A stretch of 64,000 nucleotides of DNA from NCBI GenBank assembly GCA_040758595.1, contig JBFLVJ010000002.1, forward strand, positions 38,504 through 102,503, in the 5' to 3' direction. Numbering within the stretch: the stretch's first letter is position 1; every line of letters begins with the position of its first letter. This document shows positions 9,984-19,949 of the stretch, piece by piece. Origin of the DNA: Candidatus Micrarchaeota archaeon (GTDB lineage: Archaea; Micrarchaeota; Micrarchaeia; Anstonellales; Bilamarchaeaceae). Made by a program: the position numbers and the translations under genes. The notes below the pieces were generated by a model, which was not told the DNA's origin, searched no databases, and was given only the letters and a program-made list of their open reading frames with translations.

Positions 9984-10291
9984 TTAAAAAAGCTCGCTCA
10001 ATGGCCGCTCCTCTCCAGCTCGTCCGATATGTCCCTGCATTTCCGGAGCAGGCCCTCCAGCTCGTCTATCCCGAAGGTGGAATCCTTCACTTCCAGTATG
10101 CGGTTTATCTTGCTTTTCCAGAGGGTGGTGCGCTCTGCGCTGACCCTGCCGGCAGCGACGCCGCTGGTCCGTCTGAGCAGCGAGGAGCATTCAGAGCCTA
10201 TGTAGCCCCGCAGCCTCGCCACGGTCCCTTCTATGGATACCGCGCCGCGCACTTCCGGTATCTCGAACCGACCTGCTTCTTCGGTTGCCAT
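9984..10291 (-). CDS. hypothetical small protein (likely start MATEEAGRFEIPE)
   Basis: ORF divergent from purN. No recognisable domain. Start chosen at an internal Met. Confidence 0.3.
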
Positions 10292-10341
10292 GGTGCAATA
10301 TCCCGCATGATAATTAAAACGTTTTCTGCAAGGATGATGAT

Positions 10342-10962
10342 ATGACGAAGGTAAAGGTCGCCATCCTCGCATCCGGCCGGGGGAGCAACTTCAAGGCCAT
10401 CATGGATGAGATCAAGGCCGGCCGCTGCGATGCCGAGGTGAGACTGCTCATCACCAACAAGCCCGATGCGCCAGCGATACAAATCGCCAAGGAGAACACC
10501 ATCCCAATCGAGCTGGTCCAGAAGAAAGACTTCAAGACACGCGAAGCCCTGGACGAGCGCATCCTCGAGCTCCTGAAGAAGCACGGAGTAGAGCTCGTCG
10601 TCCTCGCCGGCTACATGCTCCTCATCAAGAGCAAGAAGCTCCTCAGCGCATACAGGAACCGCATCATCAACATCCACCCCGCTCTTCTTCCCGCGTTCCC
10701 GGGCGACCAGGCGCAGAAGGATGCATTCGATTACGGGGTGAAGATATCCGGGCTCACCATCCATTTCGTGGACGAGTCGCTGGATGCCGGCCCCATCATC
10801 TACCAGGAGGCCGTGGATATCAGCGGCTGCGAGAGCGCGGAAGAAGTCGCGGATAAGATAATCAAGCGCGAGCACAAGGCATATGCCAAAGTGGTGGACT
10901 CCTTCTCGAAAGGCAGGTATGAAGTCGAAGGCAGGCGCGTCAGGTTCACCGCCCATAGATAG
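10342..10962 (+). CDS. purN: phosphoribosylglycinamide formyltransferase
   Basis: KVAILASGRGSNFKAI...INIHPALLPAF...GLTIHFVDESLDAGPII: classic PurN motifs. Confidence 0.9.
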   Translation: MTKVKVAILASGRGSNFKAIMDEIKAGRCDAEVRLLITNKPDAPAIQIAKENTIPIELVQKKDFKTREALDERILELLKKHGVELVVLAGYMLLIKSKKLLSAYRNRIINIHPALLPAFPGDQAQKDAFDYGVKISGLTIHFVDESLDAGPIIYQEAVDISGCESAEEVADKIIKREHKAYAKVVDSFSKGRYEVEGRRVRFTAHR

Positions 10963-11056
10963 AAATATGTCCGAAACCCGGGATACATGACAGGCAATCG
11001 GAACAAAAACGGGCCCGTTGTGGCCTGTGGCCACTTCGCCCCCTAATCCCTGAGCC

Positions 11057-11092
11057 GAGACACAAGACCCGAAACAGGAAACCAAGAAAATT
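11057..11092 (+). repeat. heptamer repeat array immediately 3' of the tRNA at 11095-11263
   Basis: ACAAGACC CGAAACA GGAAACC AAGAAAA; same family as the other CCGAAAC arrays. Confidence 0.5.
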
Positions 11093-11094
11093 CA

Positions 11095-11263
11095 CGGGCC
11101 CAGAGGGATTCGAACCCTCGACACACGGATCTCTCCACCTTTTAGGAAAAGGTGGAGCCAAAACTGGCTTGCTATCCGTTTTCCTAAATTAAGAGTCCGT
11201 CGCTTTTTGCGAAACCTCCCTTATAAGAAGGCAGGCCTCTCTACCAAGCTGAGCTATGGGCCC
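11095..11263 (-). tRNA. tRNA gene with about a 100-nt insertion and non-canonical architecture (candidate Arg; anticodon arm ambiguous)
   Basis: Minus-strand read GGGCCCATAGCTCAGCTTGGTAGAGAG ... GTGTCGAGGGTTCGAATCCCTCTGGGCCCG has perfect acceptor, D and T arms. The interior is about 100 nt. It contains a perfect arm ACCTT-TTCCTAA-AAGGT (U33, CCU, A37) but no canonical 37/38 exon junction. Confidence 0.6.
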
Positions 11264-11328
11264 ATGTACTCTTTCTCTGTAGCAATCCCTTTTAAATTCT
11301 TAATCACGGTTCCTCGATTCCGCGGAAA

Positions 11329-12396
11329 TCAGTTGCCTGCGCCTATCGGCTGTATCACGTAGTCCGTACCGTCGCTGGTGACCTTCAGCCCGCTGTCCCT
11401 GTAGCTCTCATACCAGGCTATGCCGTACTGGTCCATGAGCCTCTTGAACGGGTCCCTGGAGCCTCCATTGGCCGCCGACTCGTCGCTGCTGCCTGTTATG
11501 ATGACATCCTCGGGCTCGACAGCCAGCAGGAGCAATCCTATGGTGCTGGTCCCCACGCCCACTCCGTAATAGGGCGCCTGCATCACATCCACGCCCAGGT
11601 ATCCTTCCCTGGTGTTGATGAGCCTTCCCTGCCCGCCGCTCTGTATGCCGGAGGTGAGCAGCATGGAGAACTCCTTGTCGTCGAGCCTCAGCACGATGCC
11701 GTTGTTGTTAGGATCGTCGAACCTGTCCGCATCGGATGCCGGCGGGTTGAGGGCCCTGAACGATATGCCGTTCAGGACAGCGGTGAATCCGTCGCTGACA
11801 AACCTCACTTCAGCTGCCTTTGCAGAGGCCTTGTCTATGTAGAACATGTAGTCCAGGTCGTCAGAACCCTCTCCGCTCCACCACAGCTCCTCGATTGGGA
11901 AGCTGTCAGCCACCGCTCCCATGCCTCCGTAGCGGCGGGGGTCTGCCCCTGTCGAAACCAGGACCTCTATGTCATCAACCTCGTGGGAGCGGAGGAAATC
12001 CACTACCTTGCCGCCTTTCTCCACCGAGCCGCTATCCACCAGTATATCGAGATCCCCTTTCTTTATCAGTATCGCATCGCTCTGCGGACCAGATTCTCCG
12101 ACATCTATGAAGAACACGCCTAGGAGCGCATCCGGATCCTCCACATATCCGAGCGTGCTGTCGTTCTCCTGCGCGGGGGGCGGGGGGGGCGTCACGGTGC
12201 TCTCGTTCTTCCCCACGGTCTGGTTCTTCTGGGGGGTGACCACTATGCCCACGGGCGGCGGTTTCACCACCCCGATGCCATCGATCTGGTTCTGCTCGGG
12301 CTGGGGGCTCTCCCCTCCTATGCAGCCGAAAACGAGCGCCGCGCAAAGCAGCAGCGCGATGACCTTCACAACGTGACCTTCTGCTCCTTGATGCAT
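11329..12396 (-). CDS. secreted metallo-beta-lactamase-fold hydrolase (ComEC C-terminal-like)
   Basis: Signal peptide plus Cys (VFGCIGG lipobox-like). VFFIDVGESGPQSDAILIKKGDLDILVDSGS MBL motif. Overlaps the glyS 3' end by 30 nt, so the true start is probably downstream. Confidence 0.6.
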   Translation of the reverse strand: MHQGAEGHVVKVIALLLCAALVFGCIGGESPQPEQNQIDGIGVVKPPPVGIVVTPQKNQTVGKNESTVTPPPPPAQENDSTLGYVEDPDALLGVFFIDVGESGPQSDAILIKKGDLDILVDSGSVEKGGKVVDFLRSHEVDDIEVLVSTGADPRRYGGMGAVADSFPIEELWWSGEGSDDLDYMFYIDKASAKAAEVRFVSDGFTAVLNGISFRALNPPASDADRFDDPNNNGIVLRLDDKEFSMLLTSGIQSGGQGRLINTREGYLGVDVMQAPYYGVGVGTSTIGLLLLAVEPEDVIITGSSDESAANGGSRDPFKRLMDQYGIAWYESYRDSGLKVTSDGTDYVIQPIGAGN

Positions 12397-13883
12397 TCCT
12401 TCAACCTCGCTTCGATATCCTCTATCTTTATCCTCTCCTGCTTGCCGTCGTTCCTGTATCTCAAGGTGACGGTGTTGTCCTTCAGCGTATCGTAATCTAT
12501 GGTGAGCGCGTAGGGGATGCCTATCTCATCGGCCCTGGCGTATCTCCTGCCTATGCTTCCGCTCCCCCTGTACATCACATCGAGCCCCCTGCCCCTCAGC
12601 ATGGATGTCACTTCCCGGGCCTTCTCTTCCATGCCGTCCTTGGTCATGAGCGGATAGACCGCCACGTGGTATGGCGCTATCACGGGCGGGAAATCGAACC
12701 ATTCCCATTCCTTTTGGGTTCCCTGTTTCCAGTTTCCTGTTTCGTCTTTCTCGTCCTTCTCCCTGAAGCAGTGCTCCAGGAGGCAGTAGAACAACCTGTC
12801 GACCCCCATCGAGACCTCGAACACGTGCGGGACGACCTTCTTCTTCTCGCTCTCGATGAACACGCTCATGTCGGTGCCGCTGTGCTTCGCGTGCTGGGAA
12901 AGGTCGAAGTCGGTGCGGTATGCGTTGCCGATGGTCTCTATGGTCCCGAAGGAGGTCTCCACCTCCATGTCTATGTTGCCCTTGGAATAGTGCGGTATCT
13001 CGTTGGCATCCAGAACCCTGAACCACATCCTCTTCGGGTCTATCCCGACCATCCTGTAGAACTCCCATTCCTTGAGGAGGAAATAGGCCATTATCTCGTT
13101 GGAAGCGACCTTCTCGTCCGCGGTCTCCTTCCCGTTCATCTCCCGGAGCTCATCCTTTATCTTCATGGTCATCCTGCCGGATGCGACCTTGCCGAACCCT
13201 TCGAATCCGGGCTCGGAGGGGTTGAAGAAATATTCCAGCTCCATCTGGGTGAACTCCCTCATCCTCACCAATCCCTTCCGTGGGGATATCTCGTTCCTGA
13301 AGCTACGGCCCACCTGGCCGACCGCCAGAGGGAGTTTCGTCCCGTGGTTCTTGAATATCCTCATGAATGATGTGAATATGCCCTGCGCGGTCTCGGGACG
13401 GGCATATGCCGGGGTCCGCTCCCCGCCGATTCCGGTGGCGAACATCAGGTTGAACATGTGCGCTTTGCCGAAATCGCCCTTGCACTTGGGGCACTTGATC
13501 CCTTTGGTTTCGATGACGTGGTCCAGCGTCTCGAGTCTCCCGTCCCACTTCTCTCCGTGCAGGTGGTAATGCTTCTCCTCGACCATGGTATCCGCCCGCA
13601 CGCGCGTGTGGCACTGGGCGCACTCCACCACCGGGTCAGCGAAGCTCGATACGTGGCCGGATGCCACCAGCACAGGCTCCGGAGTGGTTATGCTCGTCTC
13701 CACCTCGTGGTAACCCTCGCTCTTGATGAACATCTCGCGCCAGAGGTTCTCTATCTTGCGCTTTATCAGGACGCCGACCGGGCCGTATTCGTAGAATCCT
13801 CCGGTGCCGCCGTAGCACTCGTTGCTTGGGAAGAAGAATGACCTTTTGAGGGCTAACTCATAGATTTTGTCGTGGAGCTGCAT
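12366..13883 (-). CDS. glyS: glycyl-tRNA synthetase (archaeal/eukaryotic alpha2 type)
   Basis: Class II motifs (FRNEISPRKGLVRMREFTQMELEYF; GVDRLFYCLLEH), anticodon-binding C-terminus, inserted Zn-ribbon (CAQCH...CPKCKG). Confidence 0.85.
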   Translation of the reverse strand: MQLHDKIYELALKRSFFFPSNECYGGTGGFYEYGPVGVLIKRKIENLWREMFIKSEGYHEVETSITTPEPVLVASGHVSSFADPVVECAQCHTRVRADTMVEEKHYHLHGEKWDGRLETLDHVIETKGIKCPKCKGDFGKAHMFNLMFATGIGGERTPAYARPETAQGIFTSFMRIFKNHGTKLPLAVGQVGRSFRNEISPRKGLVRMREFTQMELEYFFNPSEPGFEGFGKVASGRMTMKIKDELREMNGKETADEKVASNEIMAYFLLKEWEFYRMVGIDPKRMWFRVLDANEIPHYSKGNIDMEVETSFGTIETIGNAYRTDFDLSQHAKHSGTDMSVFIESEKKKVVPHVFEVSMGVDRLFYCLLEHCFREKDEKDETGNWKQGTQKEWEWFDFPPVIAPYHVAVYPLMTKDGMEEKAREVTSMLRGRGLDVMYRGSGSIGRRYARADEIGIPYALTIDYDTLKDNTVTLRYRNDGKQERIKIEDIEARLKECIKEQKVTL

Positions 13884-13937
13884 GGAGGCTATTCTGTATG
13901 CTGGGTTTTAAATCGCTTTTTACGATAGTATATCGGT

Positions 13938-14375
13938 ATGCCAGTGCAGGCTTCCCAATCAGGCGTGGCAAGAAGGAATCCCGACCACTCGAGCGCGATG
14001 GTTGCGCTCAGTGCGGCATCGGATGCGCTAGCCACGGCCAAGGGGCTATATGGGGAGCGGCGCTTCCAAGAGGCGTTCGAATCATCGCGCGATGCGATAC
14101 GCCTCGTATCGTCCGCGCTCATGTTCAGGGATGGCTGCATCTGCGGCACGTTCGGTTCGTCCCAGGCATATTTGCTGGAGCGATATCCCGGCATGTTCCC
14201 TCTGGAGGCGTGGAGGAGAATCGAGATGTTCCAGGATGATTATGGGAGCGGCCCGATGGCCGCCATCTCGCGCATTCTCGGCAAGGCCAGGACCGCAGGT
14301 GAGACCGAAGCCAATGAAGCCCTCAGAGCAGCCACGATGTTCGTGGATTCCGCACGCAATGAGTTGGTGTTATGA
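13938..14375 (+). CDS. HEPN-like all-alpha domain protein (putative)
   Basis: Pattern ALATAKGLYGERRFQEAFESSRDAIRLVSSAL...EALRAATMFVDSARNE resembles HEPN. ATGA stop/start overlap with the next gene. Start probably at the internal MVALS. Confidence 0.35.
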   Translation: MPVQASQSGVARRNPDHSSAMVALSAASDALATAKGLYGERRFQEAFESSRDAIRLVSSALMFRDGCICGTFGSSQAYLLERYPGMFPLEAWRRIEMFQDDYGSGPMAAISRILGKARTAGETEANEALRAATMFVDSARNELVL

Positions 14376-15034
14376 GATATCTAGCGCTATTGGCGATCCT
14401 ATTGCTCTCCTTCGGTTGCATCAGCCAGGGCGAGAGGACTATCTATGAGAATGCCAGCGAGCCAGCCTCCCCGTCCGAAGAGAGCGTCTCTGAGCCTGCG
14501 CCGGCCATCGAAGTCCCGGCTATCCACCAGGAGAGCCGCTACCAGGCCGGGGGCTTCAGCTTCGTCCATCCGGATGAGATGGAAACCGAGGATTCGAGAG
14601 GGCCGGGCAGCGGCATCTTCAGCGGCACCAACATGATATCGAGCGGCCAGACCGGCGAACTGCTCGTCGTGACCTATCTGAACGTATCAGCCGTCTACGG
14701 CTCCAACCAGGACAAGATATACAAGGACGACCCGACGACGGCCGCATCAGGTTTCCTGGTGGCCGACATGGAGCAGGATCCCGTGGCCGGGCTGCTCAGC
14801 AGCGCATACGATGTCGGCGAGGTCTCCACATACGCCATCGCGCGGGACGGGGTGGTGGCGGACGTGCCGTTCAAGGTGAGGTTCGGCGACTCCAACAAGA
14901 GCTATTCTGGTTATGCGATGGACATGTACATCCCGGAGCGCTCGCTCCAGGCCAAGGTGCGCATCATCGCGCTCGATTCGGAGCAGGCAGAGTCGATAAG
15001 GGCGGGGTTCCTGCTCAGCTTCAGGCTCGAATGA
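14372..15034 (+). CDS. secreted lipoprotein, function unknown
   Basis: N-terminal signal MRYLALLAILLLSFGCISQ (lipobox-like Cys) followed by a Ser/Pro/Glu-rich linker. Confidence 0.5.
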   Translation: MRYLALLAILLLSFGCISQGERTIYENASEPASPSEESVSEPAPAIEVPAIHQESRYQAGGFSFVHPDEMETEDSRGPGSGIFSGTNMISSGQTGELLVVTYLNVSAVYGSNQDKIYKDDPTTAASGFLVADMEQDPVAGLLSSAYDVGEVSTYAIARDGVVADVPFKVRFGDSNKSYSGYAMDMYIPERSLQAKVRIIALDSEQAESIRAGFLLSFRLE

Positions 15035-15038
15035 AACA

Positions 15039-16361
15039 TCACCACAGGAAGGTCGCGACGAGCGCCGAGATAGCGAGTCCGATCAGCGTAATCGGGATGC
15101 CGACTTTGACCAGGTCCCACACGCTCAGCCTTCCCTGGTAGAATGCCATCGCGGTCGGAGGGGTGCCGGCGGGCGAGATGAAATTGAGCGAAGATGCGAG
15201 GCCTGCCAGGATTACCAGCTCCTCCATCCCCACGCTCAGGTCCTGCAGGGAGGCCACTATCGGCACTATGAGCGCGGCGGTCGATGTGTTGCTCATCCCG
15301 GCTGTTATCGCGCTGCCGAAAGCCAGGACGGCCAGATAGACCATGGATCCGGACTGCCCGGTTATCGCATCCGACAGCATCCCCCCTACGATGTCCGAGA
15401 GGCCGGATGAGCCGATTGCGCTCCCGAGAGCGATGCTGCCTCCCAAGAGCATCAGGACACCCCAGTCTATCCTGGAGATGCCATCTTTTTTCACGAGATT
15501 GGAGGCATAGAGCAGGACGACAGCCAATATCGATGAGGCACCATCAGGGATCCTATGGATGGAAGATGTCATCCACAGCAGCACCGTGAATGCGCCTATC
15601 GCCAGGGTGGCGGCCTGCTTCCCCGTCCACCCCCCCTTCGCGCTCTTGAAGACGACCTTCTTTATATCCGGCCTGTGGAGGTGCATTATCACGAGCCAGG
15701 AGCATGGTATCAGAAGGGCCACTATCGGCATCCCGTGGAGCGCCCAGTCCACGAAGGTGACCTCGAGCCCCTCCGCGGCCAGCTCGGCTGCCGCGATGGC
15801 GTTTGGCGGAGTGCCCACCAGAGTTCCCATTCCCCCGATCGTTGCTGAGAATGCGACCGCAATCACTGCGGCTTTCCTGTATGCCGGGCCGGCTTTTTCC
15901 GAGGCGGGCACGGTGAAGAGGGCGACGGGGATCATTATGGCCGCAGTGGCGGTGTTGCTGATCCAGAGCGAGAGGAAAGCGGTCGCGACCATCATGCCGA
16001 GTATGAACCTGTCCGGGGCACCGCCGAACAGACCCATGAATAATGAGGCTATTTTCATGTCCACCCCATGATCCTGCATCGCGAGCGCGAGCACGAGCCC
16101 TCCGAAGAACAAGGCTATCGTCGGGTTGAAATACCCGGAGAACGCTTCTTCGGCGCTCAGCGCGCCGGAAACTATGAGAAGGAACGTCCCGAAAAGGGCT
16201 GTCACATGCAGAGGCAGAGCCTCGGTGAACCAGCAGGCGCCCATGAAGGCCGCGATCGAGAGCACCGCGTGCGCCTTCCAATCGAGCCCGATAGGAAGAG
16301 CCAGCAGGGCCACTGCTATCAGCGCAGAGACCAGCAGTCCAGGCAGCCTGACGTCCTCCAT
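15039..16361 (-). CDS. anion permease of the ArsB/NhaD/SLC13 (DASS/CitMHS) superfamily
   Basis: 440 aa polytopic membrane protein with duplicated halves and the TPPN motif (GTLVGTPPNAIAA) typical of DASS/ArsB permeases. Confidence 0.7.
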   Translation of the reverse strand: MEDVRLPGLLVSALIAVALLALPIGLDWKAHAVLSIAAFMGACWFTEALPLHVTALFGTFLLIVSGALSAEEAFSGYFNPTIALFFGGLVLALAMQDHGVDMKIASLFMGLFGGAPDRFILGMMVATAFLSLWISNTATAAIMIPVALFTVPASEKAGPAYRKAAVIAVAFSATIGGMGTLVGTPPNAIAAAELAAEGLEVTFVDWALHGMPIVALLIPCSWLVIMHLHRPDIKKVVFKSAKGGWTGKQAATLAIGAFTVLLWMTSSIHRIPDGASSILAVVLLYASNLVKKDGISRIDWGVLMLLGGSIALGSAIGSSGLSDIVGGMLSDAITGQSGSMVYLAVLAFGSAITAGMSNTSTAALIVPIVASLQDLSVGMEELVILAGLASSLNFISPAGTPPTAMAFYQGRLSVWDLVKVGIPITLIGLAISALVATFLW

Positions 16362-16453
16362 GGCCGGTAATCCATATTAAGGTTAAAAATCCGCATGCCC
16401 GGTAAGAATAGGGCGCCGTTCCCGCTCCACCCTTAAAGAGAGCGGGAAAGGGG

Positions 16454-16460
16454 TTATAAA
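16454..16460 (+). promoter_or_regulatory. TATA box (TTATAAA) upstream of alaS
   Basis: AT-rich hexamer about 47 nt upstream of the alaS ATG. Confidence 0.35.
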
Positions 16461-16506
16461 CCTCGCAAAAGAAATAAGCTAAGACGCATCTCCAGGTGCA
16501 ACAATT

Positions 16507-19233
16507 ATGGATGTCGACAAGAACGCTCTTAGGAAACAGTTCGCCGCCGAATGGCAGAAGCACTACAAGCTGAAAGCGCTCATCGAGCGCGGTTTCATGC
16601 GCCAGACCTGCTCCAAGTGCTCCCGCTCCTTCTGGGCCAAGGACAAGCGCGAGATGTGCGGGGACCCCTCATGCATCGGCTACCAGTTCATCGGCTCCAC
16701 CCCTGTCAAGAAGAAGCTCGGCTATATCGACACCTGGAAGGCCATCGAGAAGTACTTCACCAAGAGCGGCCATGGCTATGTGAAGCCCTATCCGACAGTC
16801 GCGAGGTGGAGGGACGATCTGTATTTCACCATCGCTTCCATCAACGACTTCCAGCCCTATGTGGTCAACGGGGAGCTGGAGCCGCCATCCAACCCGCTCA
16901 TCGTGCCCCAGCCATGCATACGGTTCAGCGACATCAGCAACGTCGGGGTCAGCGGCAGGCACTACACCAATTTCGTCATGATAGGCCAGCACGCCTTCAA
17001 CACCAAGAAGACCGGCGACTTCTACTGGAAGGAGGAGGCGATGACGCATGATCTGAACTACCTCAAGGCGCTCGGCATTCCGGAGGAGGAGATAGTCTTC
17101 CAGGAGGATGTGTGGGCCGGAGGCGGCAACTTCGGTCCATGCATCGAGTATTTCTGCCGCGGCCTGGAGCTGGGCAACTGCGTGTTCATGCAGTATGAAG
17201 TTACGCCTGCCGGAAACAGGGAGCTGGAAACCAAGGTCATAGACATGGGAGCCGGCCTCAGCCGCCTCGCATGGATAACCTCCGGGGAGCCCACCAGCTA
17301 CGAGGTGGTCTTCGGACCGGTCATAGAGAGGATGAAGAAGCAGACCGGCATCAGCATCGACAAGAAGCTTTTCCTGAAATACGCGAAGATATCGGGCAGC
17401 CTCAATGAGGACGAGGTGCCTGACCTGGAGAAGGAGAAGGAGCGTGTGGCATCCATGCTCGGGGTCACGAAGAAGGAGCTATTCGATACCCTGGAGCCTT
17501 TGCAGGCGCTCTACGCATCCGCGGACCATCTATGCACCGTGCTCTTCACGGTCACGGACGGCATGCTACCGAGCAACGCGGGCGGCGGCTACAACCTCCG
17601 CATGCTCCTGCGCCGCGTCTTCGGGTTCGAGGAGAAGTTCGGCTACTCGCTCGATTATGGCGAGATCGTCAAGGGCCACGCCGACTTCCTGGACTACCTC
17701 TTCCCCCACCTCCATGCGGGCGTGGGCACCACCATCGACGTCGTGGAAGAGGAACTGAAGCGCTACAAGACGACCCGAGAGAAAGCGGGCAGTATCGTAG
17801 TCAACATCGTGAAGAAGGCCAAGCACACCGACCCCAAGGCCAGCAACAAGGAACGCGCAGGCGCCGGCCGCATATCCAAAGAGGACCTGTTCACGCTATA
17901 CAAGAGCCATGGCATCCCCCCGGAGGCGGTGGCAGAGGTGGCCGAGGAGAACGGAGTGGAAGTGGAGATGCCCGGCAACTTCTATGCCCTCGTCCGTGCC
18001 GGCGAAGGCGAGGAATCGTCGCCCGACAAGGGGCCGTCAGTCAAGCTTCTGTTCGCCGAGACCGCCACCCTCCCGAACACCAAGCCGCTCTATTACGGCA
18101 CCGAGCAGAGCTTCAAGGCCAAGGTGACCGGGGTCGTGAATGGCAAGTATGTGGCGCTCGACCAGACCGCGTTCTATCCTGAGGGTGGAGGGCAGGCCGC
18201 GGACATCGGCTTCCTCGCAGGCGTGCGGGTGAAGCACACGCTCAAGCAGGCAGGCACCGTGCTCCACGAGGTGGAGGATGCCTCGGCGTTCAAGGCCGGC
18301 AAGACGGTCGAAGGTGTGGTGGATATCGTCCGCAGGAAGACCATTGCGAGGCACCACAGCGCGGCGCATCTGCTGAATGCCGCATGCAAATCGGTCCTCG
18401 GCCCGCACATCTGGCAGGGCGGATCCCACAAGGACGAGGAGAAGGCCCACCTGGACGTGACGCACTACAGGAAAATAACGAACGACGAAGTGGCAGCGAT
18501 AGAGCACAAGGTCAACGAGTACATCATGGCAGACATGCCGATACAGACCCATGTGCTACCGCGCAACGTGGCAGAGGAGAAGTACGGATTCACGATCTAC
18601 CAGGGGGGTGCGGTGCCGGGCAAGGAACTGCGCATCGTGAGCATGGGCGACGTGGACCACGAGGCCTGCGGAGGCACCCATGCCATGAACAGGAGCACGG
18701 GCGAGCTCGGCCTCTTCAAGATAGTCAAGCGCGAGAGCGTGCAGGACGGCATCGAGCGCATAACCTACAAATGCGGGCATGTGGCCCTCTCCTACATCCA
18801 GGAGAAGGAGCGCATGCTCCGCGATGCCTCTAATGTCTTCAGCGTCTCGGAGCCGGAACTGCTCCGCACTTCAGAGCGCTTCTTCAGCGAATGGAAGGCC
18901 CAGCGCAAGCGCATCGAGGCGCTCGAGGAATCGTTCGTCCGCGAGGAAGCCCGGGCTCTAGTAGAAGAGAGCGCAGGAAGGCCCATCATGAAGATGCTCG
19001 ACCTGGACATCAGCGCATTGAGGAAGCTGGCCCTTGCTGTCGCCGAGAGCGACAAGGCAGCGGTCTGCCTGGTGAACAAGCAGGGCAACCTGGTCTGCGG
19101 TGCAGGCAAGAGCTCGGGCGCCAGCGCCAAAGAGATGCTGCAGAAGGTCATCTCAAAACTAGGCGGAACGGGCGGCGGCAGCGACCGCATCGCCCAGGGC
19201 AAGGCCGAGAAGCCGGGCGTCGTGGATATCTAA
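16507..19233 (+). CDS. alaS: alanyl-tRNA synthetase (archaeal type)
   Basis: 908 aa; archaeal AlaRS N-terminus with Cys cluster (CSKCSRSFW...CGDPSC), editing domain HSAAHLL...CGGTH, and C-terminal DHHA1-like domain. Confidence 0.9.
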   Translation: MDVDKNALRKQFAAEWQKHYKLKALIERGFMRQTCSKCSRSFWAKDKREMCGDPSCIGYQFIGSTPVKKKLGYIDTWKAIEKYFTKSGHGYVKPYPTVARWRDDLYFTIASINDFQPYVVNGELEPPSNPLIVPQPCIRFSDISNVGVSGRHYTNFVMIGQHAFNTKKTGDFYWKEEAMTHDLNYLKALGIPEEEIVFQEDVWAGGGNFGPCIEYFCRGLELGNCVFMQYEVTPAGNRELETKVIDMGAGLSRLAWITSGEPTSYEVVFGPVIERMKKQTGISIDKKLFLKYAKISGSLNEDEVPDLEKEKERVASMLGVTKKELFDTLEPLQALYASADHLCTVLFTVTDGMLPSNAGGGYNLRMLLRRVFGFEEKFGYSLDYGEIVKGHADFLDYLFPHLHAGVGTTIDVVEEELKRYKTTREKAGSIVVNIVKKAKHTDPKASNKERAGAGRISKEDLFTLYKSHGIPPEAVAEVAEENGVEVEMPGNFYALVRAGEGEESSPDKGPSVKLLFAETATLPNTKPLYYGTEQSFKAKVTGVVNGKYVALDQTAFYPEGGGQAADIGFLAGVRVKHTLKQAGTVLHEVEDASAFKAGKTVEGVVDIVRRKTIARHHSAAHLLNAACKSVLGPHIWQGGSHKDEEKAHLDVTHYRKITNDEVAAIEHKVNEYIMADMPIQTHVLPRNVAEEKYGFTIYQGGAVPGKELRIVSMGDVDHEACGGTHAMNRSTGELGLFKIVKRESVQDGIERITYKCGHVALSYIQEKERMLRDASNVFSVSEPELLRTSERFFSEWKAQRKRIEALEESFVREEARALVEESAGRPIMKMLDLDISALRKLALAVAESDKAAVCLVNKQGNLVCGAGKSSGASAKEMLQKVISKLGGTGGGSDRIAQGKAEKPGVVDI

Positions 19234-19949
19234 GCCTTGCTCAACAAGCCCGGCTTCTTGAGGAACTCGAACCGTCTCGGATCCGCATAGAACTCGGCCA
19301 GGATGTCCTTGCTGGAGAATCCGTAGCTTTCGTTTATCTTGGCCGCTGAGAGCTGCTTGTTCTCGTGCACCACGTAGTTGGTGTTCTGGGTCATCTGCCC
19401 TTCCTTCAGGTAATAGAATGCCGCGCCCTGGTTCTCTTCATACTCCTTGTAGAGCGATTCGAATCCCTCATAGACCAGGTTGGCGAGCACCAGGGTGTTC
19501 TCCCCCCTGTTGATGGAGACGTGGCCCCACTCGGGCGGTATCAGTATGACCTCGCCTTCCTTGGCCGCGACTATCATGGTGTCCACGCTGCCGTTCCGGT
19601 TCCGTTTCTGCATGATGAATTCGGCATTGCCCCTCACCACCTGGTAGACCTCGGGGTATGCCGGACCATCTTCGCTACCGGGATGGTAATGGCCGAAAGT
19701 CTTTACGTATTCGTCACCTATTATCCTCGCCGGGATCACGGTGATGTCGAACCTGATGCCTTCGCGCTTGAAGACGTCCCTGAACATGTAATAGAGCGGC
19801 ACGTCCGCCGCCTCGTCATGGTACTGCCTCAGGACCTTCCTCATCTGGCCCATGGTCCTGATGGATTTCGGGTGCTTCCCCTCGTTGACGAACAGGTCCG
19901 TCCCCGCAAGCTCTATGCGGAGCGGCTTCTCATAAAGGACCGCGTCCAT
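19230..19949 (-). CDS. pgiA: cupin-type glucose-6-phosphate isomerase (archaeal cPGI)
   Basis: TFGHYHP...GE...PPEWGHVSIN cupin metal-binding motifs characteristic of archaeal cupin PGI. Confidence 0.8.
   Translation of the reverse strand: MDAVLYEKPLRIELAGTDLFVNEGKHPKSIRTMGQMRKVLRQYHDEAADVPLYYMFRDVFKREGIRFDITVIPARIIGDEYVKTFGHYHPGSEDGPAYPEVYQVVRGNAEFIMQKRNRNGSVDTMIVAAKEGEVILIPPEWGHVSINRGENTLVLANLVYEGFESLYKEYEENQGAAFYYLKEGQMTQNTNYVVHENKQLSAAKINESYGFSSKDILAEFYADPRRFEFLKKPGLLSKA

Noticed and set aside
10231-11085. 284-aa ORF antisense to purN
   Set aside because: The opposite strand encodes a clear PurN (GSNFKAI, HPALLPAF). The antisense product has no domain and the composition of a high-GC non-coding frame.
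15553-16563. 336-aa minus-strand ORF spanning the permease 5' region and alaS promoter
   Set aside because: It overlaps the permease start on the same strand in another frame and runs through the alaS promoter. Its Arg/Gly-rich composition is typical of a shadow ORF.
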